Source of the DNA: Promethearchaeota archaeon | Lineage (GTDB): Archaea; Asgardarchaeota; Lokiarchaeia; Sigyniarchaeales; SOKP01 | Reading direction: 5' to 3' | DNA: 11,635 nt | Assembly: GCA_016839585.1 (NCBI GenBank) | Contig: JAEOTZ010000019.1 | Span: 1-11,635, forward strand | In this document: piece after piece, positions 1-7,528 of the stretch | Layout: each line of letters starts with the position of its first letter | Numbering within the stretch: position 1 is the stretch's first letter | Made by a program: the position numbers and the translations under genes | The notes under the pieces: model-generated | What the model was told of the DNA's origin: nothing | Database searches by the model: none | Seen by the model: the letters and a program-made list of their open reading frames with translations, nothing else

Positions 1-188
1 ACTTCAGGATAGTACTTTTTTAGAATTAGATTAATATTTTTATTAAACTCAGCACATAATTTCGCTATATCATCAACATTTTTAACTGATTTTTTATTTA
101 AAGTTCTAAGCAAGGTCCTTTCTAAGACAGGTAATTCCTTGAAAATTTGGTTGATTTTATCTCTATATTTTTTCTCTATATAGCTCAT
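1..188 (-). CDS. Hypothetical protein, 5' part only (runs off the left edge)
   Basis: Not in the ORF track. Manual translation from ATG (cat at 186-188) gives MSYIEKKYRDKINQIFKELPVLERTLLRTLNKKSVKNVDDIAKLCAEFNKNINLILKKYYPE..., 62 sense codons with no stop in very AT-rich DNA, and an amphipathic-helix pattern. No family recognised. Confidence 0.7.
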   Translation of the reverse strand, partial: MSYIEKKYRDKINQIFKELPVLERTLLRTLNKKSVKNVDDIAKLCAEFNKNINLILKKYYPE

Positions 189-319
189 TACTTATAAAAA
201 AGATAATAGTTATCATATATAATGTTAATTTTTTAAAAATGGTAGAGAAAAAGATTTAAAAAAGAAATAATTGTGCTGCTGACATAACTGATCCACTTAT
301 AATGAGAACCGTAAAATTA

Positions 320-742
320 TCATTCTTGGATTAATGGTATTTTCTTAATATCTTTTGAATCTATTACTTTTTCGAGAATTTTTGAAAATCCATGAAAGTT
401 AGAAATTTCTCCATTAAAATCCTTTAAATCATTCTTAAATTTTTTTATGAAATTATCAATTATCTTATCAGCTAAAGATTCTAATAATTCTCTATCAAAG
501 GATTCATTATCGCATTTAAATATAGTATGCAACCCTGATTGATGGGTATAAAAGAAAAATATAGAATTATCTAAAGAAATGGTCCTTAGACTTTCTTTAA
601 ACTGATTTTTAGTAAAACGACAAAGTAAATCGAAATAACTCGCTAGTGATTGCTGATCCTTAAAAATATTACTCCTCCCTGAGAAGTTATGATAAAATAA
701 AGCGATTCCTGCTCTATTGATTATCATTAACTGTTGAATCAT
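320..742 (-). CDS. Stand-alone longin-like domain protein (Asgard eukaryotic-signature type)
   Basis: About 140 aa. N-terminal beta-hairpin MIQQLMIINRAGIALFYHNF resembles longin/AP-sigma/sedlin starts. It is followed by a helix (QQSLASYFDLLCRF), three beta strands (LRTISL, IFFFYT, LHTIFKC) and two helices ending F.GEISNF.GF. ATG at 742 preferred over the track's TTG at 751. Confidence 0.7.
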   Translation of the reverse strand: MIQQLMIINRAGIALFYHNFSGRSNIFKDQQSLASYFDLLCRFTKNQFKESLRTISLDNSIFFFYTHQSGLHTIFKCDNESFDRELLESLADKIIDNFIKKFKNDLKDFNGEISNFHGFSKILEKVIDSKDIKKIPLIQE

Positions 743-989
743 ATCAAACAAATTAAATGGACGTTCTTATTTTTAGCATTAATTTTATACTATTTTATAA
801 ATACACTTACAACCCTATTAATAATAGAAATATTTTTTTCGCATAATACTGCACCAAACATGTATTTAAATTTATTCTATTTGGTAAACAATAAAAAAAA
901 TCAGTGATTTTTGTCGGTTCTTAATAATCAGTTATATTTTTTACGTAATTATGCAATTTTATATTGAAGAAATTGAACTAAATATATCC

Positions 990-1017
990 TGAGATTTTTA
1001 AAAAAAAAATAAAAAAA
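990..1017 (-). terminator. Oligo-T archaeal terminator candidate for tfb
   Basis: Long A runs on the + strand (T tracts on the - strand) about 50-80 nt downstream of the tfb stop codon. Confidence 0.45.
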
Positions 1018-1067
1018 GTCTGTTTTAATCACTCAGAACTTGGATAAATCTTACTTAATTAACCAGA

Positions 1068-1997
1068 TTATTGAAGTTTGCTCTTTATCTGTTTGGAACG
1101 ACTACGAAGTGTAACCTCGGTCACTTTTGCAACTTCACTCACTTCTGCTTGAGTTTTTCGGCAATTTCCTGCTTTAGCTGCCATATAAATAACACTTGCT
1201 GCTAATCCCTTTGGATCTTTACCAGTTCGCAATAACCCATTTTTAGATGCTTCTACAAGCATGTTAATTGCCTTTTTCTGAGTTTCCATTGGCAAACCAA
1301 GGTCATTTCCGAACCGAAATACAAGTTGCTCTGCCGTTATGGGACGATACTTTAAGTTCAAATCGGGCAAAATTTCTTTTACAACCATCCCTAAAGAGCG
1401 GTGTACAGTACGTCGGGGGGTCATAGCAGCTTCACATACTTCCTCAAGTAATCGTGGAAATTCATGTACTCGGATTGCGGCATACAAAGAAGCAGCGATA
1501 AATCCATCAATTGATCTTCCCATTGTGAGCTTTTTCTTTGCCACAACAGAATAGATTTTCCATGCAGTTTCCTTAATATACTCTGGTATATTCATCTTCG
1601 ATGTGAGCATTTTAAGTTTGGGCTTGGCTTCCCAGAAATTTCGCTCAATACTTGAAATTAATGAATTCTGAATTTTCGATAGTCGAGAAAATAACGTTTT
1701 TCCCTTTGCTCCGATTAAACGGCCTTTTGAATCAATCTTAGAGTTTGGCAACATAGTACGAGGTCCAAATTCCCTCCACCTTGGCTCTGTTCTTCGGCGT
1801 TTATTCACCTCTTCGATAGTATAAGCACGCCTTTCATTTCCCACCAAATTTCTACCAATAATCATACCACAATTAATACAAACGGCATCTCCATCACGAG
1901 ATTCGATGCTTGGGTTGCCACAGCATTGATCTGGACTGCAACTAGCCTCTTCTGAAGTAGCCTTTGCTGATCGTAGGCGGTCTTTGTAATTACTCAC
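1068..1997 (-). CDS. tfb: Transcription initiation factor IIB (archaeal TFB), divergent N-terminus
   Basis: Zn ribbon (CC...VCINCG) and two cyclin repeats with the TFIIB signatures GRSIDGFIAASLY and GKDPKGLAASVIY. C-terminal BRE-binding HTH TQAEVSEVAKVTEVTLRSR. GTG start with an upstream AAGTGA SD-like motif; an in-frame stop three codons upstream fixes the start. Confidence 0.95.
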   Translation of the reverse strand: MSNYKDRLRSAKATSEEASCSPDQCCGNPSIESRDGDAVCINCGMIIGRNLVGNERRAYTIEEVNKRRRTEPRWREFGPRTMLPNSKIDSKGRLIGAKGKTLFSRLSKIQNSLISSIERNFWEAKPKLKMLTSKMNIPEYIKETAWKIYSVVAKKKLTMGRSIDGFIAASLYAAIRVHEFPRLLEEVCEAAMTPRRTVHRSLGMVVKEILPDLNLKYRPITAEQLVFRFGNDLGLPMETQKKAINMLVEASKNGLLRTGKDPKGLAASVIYMAAKAGNCRKTQAEVSEVAKVTEVTLRSRSKQIKSKLQ

Positions 1998-2192
1998 TTT
2001 TATTCACTTTTTAGTACTTTTTTTTTTTCGATTGTTTTAATTTTGATCTTTTACAGTAATGTTTTTAATAATTCCTATACTATAATGTAAATCTTGAATA
2101 CTTAAATTTAACAGTTTTAAATTATAAATATTTATTTTTTTTTGAAATTACTAAATAATTGCAATGTAATATATTCATCACCCCTATTTAAA

Positions 2193-2266
2193 AACATTTT
2201 TATCCAAAAATGTTATATTTCCCAGAACAAATAAAATATGGGCAATCTGTGGGAATTTCGAAATTC
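2193..2266. repeat. Cluster of inverted repeats between larA and tfb
   Basis: AACATTTTT-atcc-AAAAATGTT (2193-2214), the perfect palindrome GAATTTCGAAATTC (2253-2266), and an imperfect stem TTCCCAGA...TCTGTGGGAA (2219-2255). Confidence 0.5.
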
Positions 2267-2358
2267 TTATATTTCATAATAAGCTGAAAAATTTGGTAGT
2301 ATGCAGGCGAAAGAAGTAGAATTACAAAATTAATCTGAATTAAGATATAGACTTGCAA

Positions 2359-3639
2359 TTATATCTTCAATAATGGTAAGATCTGCGGACCATTTGGTAA
2401 AATTAAAATATTTGAATTCTTTCCATGTTTTTTAAGTGATAATTGGATTGCTTCCTCAACTTTTTTTGCGTATTTTAAGCCAATATTACCCAATTCATTT
2501 TCATTTAATTTAAAAACGACGTATATTTCTGCTTTCATAAGTATTCTTGCTAAGATTTGTATCTCCCATTGATCAGGGACAATAATTTCTTTCTTTAGAA
2601 TTTTATTGTAAATATCTGCTGGTTTCATATCCGAGAAAAGTAATTCTCGAAATTCATCTTGACCTTCACCTATTCCATCACTACACTCGTTTACAGAAAT
2701 TATTGTACCACCTTCCTTTATAGCCATTTCTCCTATTGCCATGCTCTTAACTGCTTGATACAAATTGAGATCTAATGGATATCCTCCATTTCCACAGATT
2801 ACAATATCATAAGGTTCTGTAATTTCCTTAAATACTTTTTTTAATTGATATTCAACAAGTTTATTATGAGCTTTTTCCAAATCTCCAGCAGCAATTTTTG
2901 TGATTCTATGTTTTTCATCTATACATATATTAATAATAAAATCGACACCAATTAGTCTAGCTATTTCTATTGCATTTTTATGCATAGGGTTCTTTTTATA
3001 AATTCCAAATTGAGAATAGGGAGATGAAATATTTTCAGCTGAATGATTTAATTGAATTGTTTCAGCACCAGCGATACCCGGAACTAAGGATTTAGGTCCT
3101 CCAGAAAATCCAAAGAAGAAGTGAGGTTCCACATATCCAGTTAAAATTTTTACATCACTTTCATAGTAATATTTGTTAATGTAAATAGGAATATTATTTG
3201 ATGCTTTTCCTAAATATTGTAATGAGTCTTTATCTGTTGCTTTATGATCTATTACTTTTAGACGCCTTTTTAACTTATTTCCTAAAATTCTTCCTAATTC
3301 TTCTTCACGAGAGGGACGATGTAACCCAGTGGCTATTAAAACAATAATTTTTTTATCCTCAATCCCATATGAGTTTAGTTCTTCGATTAATGCTTCTATT
3401 ATCATATAGGAAGGTAGAGGTCGAGTAGCATCGCTTACAACTATGCAAATTTGATTCAAGTTTTGCTTTTCTCTAATGATCCTCTTAAGAGGGGCACATG
3501 AGATTGGATTATTTATGGCTTTTTTAATTTTTTCTACAGGATTTTCAATTATTTTTTGAGATTTTGGTTTTAAAATATCTACGTTCCAAGATGTATCTAA
3601 AGAAATTTCTAATCCAGCTTTCCCATAATCAAATTTCAT
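2359..3639 (-). CDS. larA: Nickel-pincer-nucleotide-dependent lactate racemase (LarA family)
   Basis: LarA motifs SDATRP, ATGLHR, VEPHFFFGFSGGPKSLVPG (catalytic His and cofactor-linked Lys), NHS, GGYPLDLNLYQAVK and PDQW. 426 aa is a typical length. Confidence 0.92.
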   Translation of the reverse strand: MKFDYGKAGLEISLDTSWNVDILKPKSQKIIENPVEKIKKAINNPISCAPLKRIIREKQNLNQICIVVSDATRPLPSYMIIEALIEELNSYGIEDKKIIVLIATGLHRPSREEELGRILGNKLKRRLKVIDHKATDKDSLQYLGKASNNIPIYINKYYYESDVKILTGYVEPHFFFGFSGGPKSLVPGIAGAETIQLNHSAENISSPYSQFGIYKKNPMHKNAIEIARLIGVDFIINICIDEKHRITKIAAGDLEKAHNKLVEYQLKKVFKEITEPYDIVICGNGGYPLDLNLYQAVKSMAIGEMAIKEGGTIISVNECSDGIGEGQDEFRELLFSDMKPADIYNKILKKEIIVPDQWEIQILARILMKAEIYVVFKLNENELGNIGLKYAKKVEEAIQLSLKKHGKNSNILILPNGPQILPLLKI

Positions 3640-3646
3640 AACAATT

Positions 3647-5386
3647 TCACTTTTTCTTATAAATTATTTCCCGAGCTTTCTCAAAGATTTCATATGTGTC
3701 AATCCCAGCAGGGCAGGTTGTATGACAAAGTGCACATAATGTACATGTGTTAAGAATATCTGATATTACTTCAGTTAGGTCTAATTCACCATATACTAAC
3801 CCATTTAAAATGCTCAATCGACCTCTTGGACTATAAGCTTCTAATAGATAATGGATTCTTGATGGACATGTAGCGATACAAAATCCACATCTCATACATT
3901 TTAAACTTAACAGTTTATCATTTTGGTTTTTTAACAATCGAGATTTCCTAGATTTTCTTATTGGTTGCTTTTCTCCTTTTCCAATGCCAGGATTCAAGAT
4001 TCTATTTGGATCAAAGAGTTCTTTAATTTTAATCATTATATCGATAATTTCAGATCCATGTTCTAACTCAAGATAGGGAGTTTTAATTTTACCTATTCCA
4101 TGTTCACCAGTTAGAGTACCTCCAGCAGGAATTATAATTTCTTTATATAAGAATTCAATTGCTTTTTCAAAATCTATTATATCTTGTTCATCATTTTCGT
4201 TAAATAAAAAAGTAGGATGTAAATTTCCTTCCATATGGCAAATAATAGCTACTAACAAGTTTTTTGCATTAATTTTTTCCGGTATTTTCTCAATCTTTTT
4301 TATAACCTCAGCTAAATGAGTTAACTGAACAGTACAATCTTCCACACAGGTATTTGGTCTTAATCTGGATAAAGCAGGTAAATTTGCTTTTCTTGCTAAT
4401 ATAAGCCTTTCTCTCTCTTCATTATTTTTAGCAATCTTATGATAGATTGGATTTTTTTGAATAATAATATCAAATAAGTTTGAAAAATTTTCTTCAACCT
4501 CGTTAATACTTTCTCCATCTACTTCAGCTAATAACACATATCCGTTAGGAAAATCTAAAAATTCTCCACCTAAATACTCAGTAACCGCTTTCAAAACGAG
4601 TTTATCCATAAATTCTAATAAATTAGGAACAATCCCTTCTTTACGTATTTTTAAGACAGCACTTTGCAAATCTCTAACATCCTCAAAAATAAACATACCC
4701 AATTTTCTTGCTTTAGGTAAAGGTCTAATTCTGAGACCAATCTTAGTAATAACTCCTAAAGTTCCCTCAGAACCGATGATTAAATCTTTTAAATTATAAG
4801 ATGATACAGATTTTAAAACATTTGTACCTAAATTCATAATAGTTCCATCAGGGAAGACTACTTCTAAATATAGAACGTAATTTTTTGTAACACCATATTT
4901 AAATGCCTGTATTCCTCCAGCATTAGTTGCAACCATTCCTCCTATTGTAGCAACTGAGCTTGAACCGGGATCTGGAGGAAAAAAATATCCAAGCGGCTCT
5001 AACTTTTTGTTTAAATCATCACAGATGACTCCAGGCTCAACTTCAACTAGATTATTTTCAATATCAATTTTGATGATTTTCTTTATTCTAGATAAGTCAA
5101 GAACAATTCCTCTATAAGGAGTCATAGGTCCAGCTGACAAGCTTGTCCCACTTCCTCGGGGAGTGACAGGAATTCTATATTTATTTGCTAATTTTAAAAT
5201 TTTAGAAATTTGTAAAGAATTTTGAGGTAATAAGATTAAATCAGGAATCCAATCTCTTTCAAATATCGTACCTCCAAAAGAATAAGCCCACCGAATTTCA
5301 AAGTTATCAAAACATGATTCTTCTCCTACAATTTGTTCAAACTGTGCAATTACTTGCTTTGAAATTTTATTATATTTTGGAGTCAT
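3647..5386 (-). CDS. FAD-linked oxidase (GlcD / D-lactate dehydrogenase family) fused to a C-terminal 2x[4Fe-4S] domain
   Basis: PCMH-type FAD motifs PRGSGTSLSAG, FFPPDPGSSSVATIGGMVATNAGG, KYGVTKNYV and GSEGTLGVIT. Catalytic-domain motifs GNLHP, GEHGIG and FDPNRILNPG. Then CMRCGFCIATCP and CTLCALCHTTCP. Ends 7 nt upstream of larA. Confidence 0.9.
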   Translation of the reverse strand: MTPKYNKISKQVIAQFEQIVGEESCFDNFEIRWAYSFGGTIFERDWIPDLILLPQNSLQISKILKLANKYRIPVTPRGSGTSLSAGPMTPYRGIVLDLSRIKKIIKIDIENNLVEVEPGVICDDLNKKLEPLGYFFPPDPGSSSVATIGGMVATNAGGIQAFKYGVTKNYVLYLEVVFPDGTIMNLGTNVLKSVSSYNLKDLIIGSEGTLGVITKIGLRIRPLPKARKLGMFIFEDVRDLQSAVLKIRKEGIVPNLLEFMDKLVLKAVTEYLGGEFLDFPNGYVLLAEVDGESINEVEENFSNLFDIIIQKNPIYHKIAKNNEERERLILARKANLPALSRLRPNTCVEDCTVQLTHLAEVIKKIEKIPEKINAKNLLVAIICHMEGNLHPTFLFNENDEQDIIDFEKAIEFLYKEIIIPAGGTLTGEHGIGKIKTPYLELEHGSEIIDIMIKIKELFDPNRILNPGIGKGEKQPIRKSRKSRLLKNQNDKLLSLKCMRCGFCIATCPSRIHYLLEAYSPRGRLSILNGLVYGELDLTEVISDILNTCTLCALCHTTCPAGIDTYEIFEKAREIIYKKK

Positions 5387-5459
5387 ATTGAAAAACTAAA
5401 TATTAGCCTTTTTTTATTTGGTAAAAAGAATTCTAATTAATATTTTTGCTTGATATTGA

Positions 5460-6347
5460 TTATAAAGTAGCAAATTCATTAGCAGTAAAACCCCAAGATC
5501 TAAGAATCTTTTCGGTATCAGTTATAATCTTTTCAATAAATTCTTTTACAGAAACTATTTTATCGATGTGTCCAATTGCCATTGAACCCACTACAGAATC
5601 TTTTAATTCAAAATGAAATATTTTTTTATGGAATTTCTCATCAAAGATATTTTGAGTTATTAATCTCTCTTTCCATGACTCTGATGCAGGGCTTTCTATT
5701 GTTGCTAAAATAGCAGTACCAAAACACACAGCCTCAGCACCCATAGCTAAGGCTCCCAGAAAACCCCTAGCATCTCCTAGTCCGCCAGCAGCAATGATAG
5801 GTATTTTAAGCAATTTTTTAGCCATTGTTATGTTTATTAATGTTGTATTTTGAAGAGGATTTTTAAATCCAGTACCTTCAACACCTACTATTGTCACCGC
5901 ATCAGCGCCCTGTCTTTCGGCTGATATTGCATGTTTTATAGTGGCACATTTATGAAACCAATAACAATCAGCATCATGTAGTTTCTTTCCAATTTTGGGT
6001 GCCTGATAAGCTGAAGTTGTACAAACATTAACTCCAGCGTCAATAGCTAAATCAACGAAATCTAAATATGATTCTTCTGATCTTCCCTTCCCTCCCATTT
6101 TTTCAATGAGATAGGGTGGCATTATTGAAAAGTTCACACCCCATGGTTTATTAGTTAATCTATTCATTTTGTCAATTTCAGCTTGAAAGTCTTCAAAATT
6201 CTTAAAGTTGATTGCTGTGAGAATACCAAAACCACCTGCATTTGAGAAAGCTGCAGCAAATTCAGCTTTTCCTAATCCTACAAAAGCACCCATTATTATT
6301 GGGTATTTAGTATCCATCATTTCTGAAATTCTTGTTTTCCAAATCAT
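5460..6347 (-). CDS. Nitronate monooxygenase / FabK-like FMN TIM-barrel oxidoreductase
   Basis: WKTRISEMMDTKYPIIMG, AFSNAGGFGIL, TNKPWGVN, HKCATIKHA...GADAV and the FMN phosphate-binding IPIIAAGGLGDARG...AMGAEAVCFGT. Substrate unknown. Confidence 0.85.
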   Translation of the reverse strand: MIWKTRISEMMDTKYPIIMGAFVGLGKAEFAAAFSNAGGFGILTAINFKNFEDFQAEIDKMNRLTNKPWGVNFSIMPPYLIEKMGGKGRSEESYLDFVDLAIDAGVNVCTTSAYQAPKIGKKLHDADCYWFHKCATIKHAISAERQGADAVTIVGVEGTGFKNPLQNTTLINITMAKKLLKIPIIAAGGLGDARGFLGALAMGAEAVCFGTAILATIESPASESWKERLITQNIFDEKFHKKIFHFELKDSVVGSMAIGHIDKIVSVKEFIEKIITDTEKILRSWGFTANEFATL

Positions 6348-6517
6348 CCTTTTTCGTTCTCAGAAATTTTATAGGTAAATTTGATAATAGATTCTGATGT
6401 TTTTCCTTTAATAATTTGTTTGTTCTCTGTAGTAAAATAATTTTTCCAAAAAAAAGATATTTTAAATAGAATTAATATAATAGTTGTGTATAAGAATATA
6501 GGATTTAAGGGATTTTT
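6348..6517. promoter_or_regulatory. Divergent promoter region (lactate cluster vs longin-like gene)
   Basis: 170-nt AT-rich gap between head-to-head genes. TATA-like TTTTAAATA (about 6460-6468) is preceded by an A-rich BRE-like stretch. Exact elements cannot be resolved in such AT-rich DNA. Confidence 0.4.
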
Positions 6518-6916
6518 TTGGGAAAAAACTTAAATGATATATGGGTCTTAACGGAAAGTGGGATAACAGTATATAGTCGTGTTCTTGATCCAAGGATTAA
6601 CCCCCAACTGTTTGGAGCACTTATGAGTGCATTAAATTTATTTGCAGAAAAGCTGTCTAACGGGGGTATTACGAATTTTGAGTTAAGTAGATTACGATTT
6701 ACAATTATTAAAAAAAATCATTTTATTTTTGTAGCGAATTCATCAAATAAATCAAAAGAGAAAAAAGTTTTAAATGAATTAAGTCGAATTTCAGATAAAT
6801 TTTTTGAATTATATTCAGAAGAAGTTTTAGAGAAATGGGATAATGATATTAACATCTTCGCAAGTTTTGAAAATGAAATAAAAGACTCATTAGAAGAAAC
6901 TACAAAAAAGTTCTAA
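6518..6916 (+). CDS. Stand-alone longin/roadblock-like domain protein (Asgard type)
   Basis: 132 aa, TTG start. LNDIWVLTESGITVYSR beta-hairpin, helix PQLFGALMSALNLFAEKL, strands ITNFEL / RFTIIK / FIFVANS, helix VLNELSRISDKFFELY and a W...INIFASFENEI tail give longin-type bb-a-bbb-aa topology. Confidence 0.75.
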   Translation: MGKNLNDIWVLTESGITVYSRVLDPRINPQLFGALMSALNLFAEKLSNGGITNFELSRLRFTIIKKNHFIFVANSSNKSKEKKVLNELSRISDKFFELYSEEVLEKWDNDINIFASFENEIKDSLEETTKKF

Positions 6917-7066
6917 AAAGCTTATATGTAAAATTCTTCACTATTATCTCAATATTTTATTTCTTATTGTCAATAATAGAAAAAAATTTAAGAAGAATTA
7001 GATTCTTATTTATTGAACTAAAATAAAAATAATTTTTTAAAAGTAGAATAATCAAATTAAACTAAT

Positions 7067-7411
7067 ATGGATAAAGAAGAGTACACTAAAAGGAAAAATT
7101 TTTCAAATAATCCTAATTTTCATAGAAATTTGAAAGGAGAACGAACTATTGAAAAATACAGTTCATTTTCCTCAGATTATCTTAGTGATATTATTAAAAA
7201 CATATCAAGACCAAAATTTTTAGGTTCTATTCATTTAAAAAACGACACAAATATTTACAATCGTTCAGTTGAAAATTTATTAAAAGGAGAATTAGAAGGA
7301 AAGCTAACAAAGTCTTTAAAAAACGCGTTTTTGAACCCAATCACAAAAACTTTAATAATCTTAGCACTTGTCTTTAATATTATCTGGTTCTTCTTAATTT
7401 ACATTTTCTGA
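7067..7411 (+). CDS. Small hypothetical membrane protein with a single C-terminal (tail-anchor) TM helix
   Basis: 114 aa, hydrophilic and basic N-terminal ~95 aa, then LIILALVFNIIWFFLIYIF directly before the stop. No signal peptide visible. Confidence 0.7.
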   Translation: MDKEEYTKRKNFSNNPNFHRNLKGERTIEKYSSFSSDYLSDIIKNISRPKFLGSIHLKNDTNIYNRSVENLLKGELEGKLTKSLKNAFLNPITKTLIILALVFNIIWFFLIYIF

Positions 7412-7528
7412 TTTCAAATTTAATTAGAAAAAATATTATCTCTTTTTCATAAAAGATTTTTTATAATTAGGATTTTTAATTCATAACTAATATTACTTAA
7501 AATTTTAACTTTAAAGGGTAGTTTTTAA

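Noticed and set aside
271-322. Slightly GC-richer intergenic patch with two CTGA motifs (C/D sRNA or SECIS; Sec readthrough of the TGA at 320-322)
   Set aside because: No C box in the right order, no convincing stem, and the TGA is immediately followed by TAA.
1339-1554. 71-aa plus-strand ORF
   Set aside because: Lies entirely antisense within the well-supported tfb gene and has no motifs.
1068-1997. Higher GC content of tfb as a sign of horizontal transfer
   Set aside because: Explicable by the Arg/Ala/Gly-rich conserved protein; no mobility signatures nearby.
2122-2184. GGGGTGATGA on the minus strand as SD plus uORF (MNILHCNYLVISKKNKYL) or as a C box
   Set aside because: The ORF is only 18 codons, the SD abuts the ATG, and no CTGA D box follows at a suitable distance.
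3629-3649. Readthrough or fusion of the GlcD-FeS gene into larA
   Set aside because: The 7-nt gap puts larA out of frame, another TGA follows after five codons, and larA has its own ATG with an AAGTGA SD-like motif.
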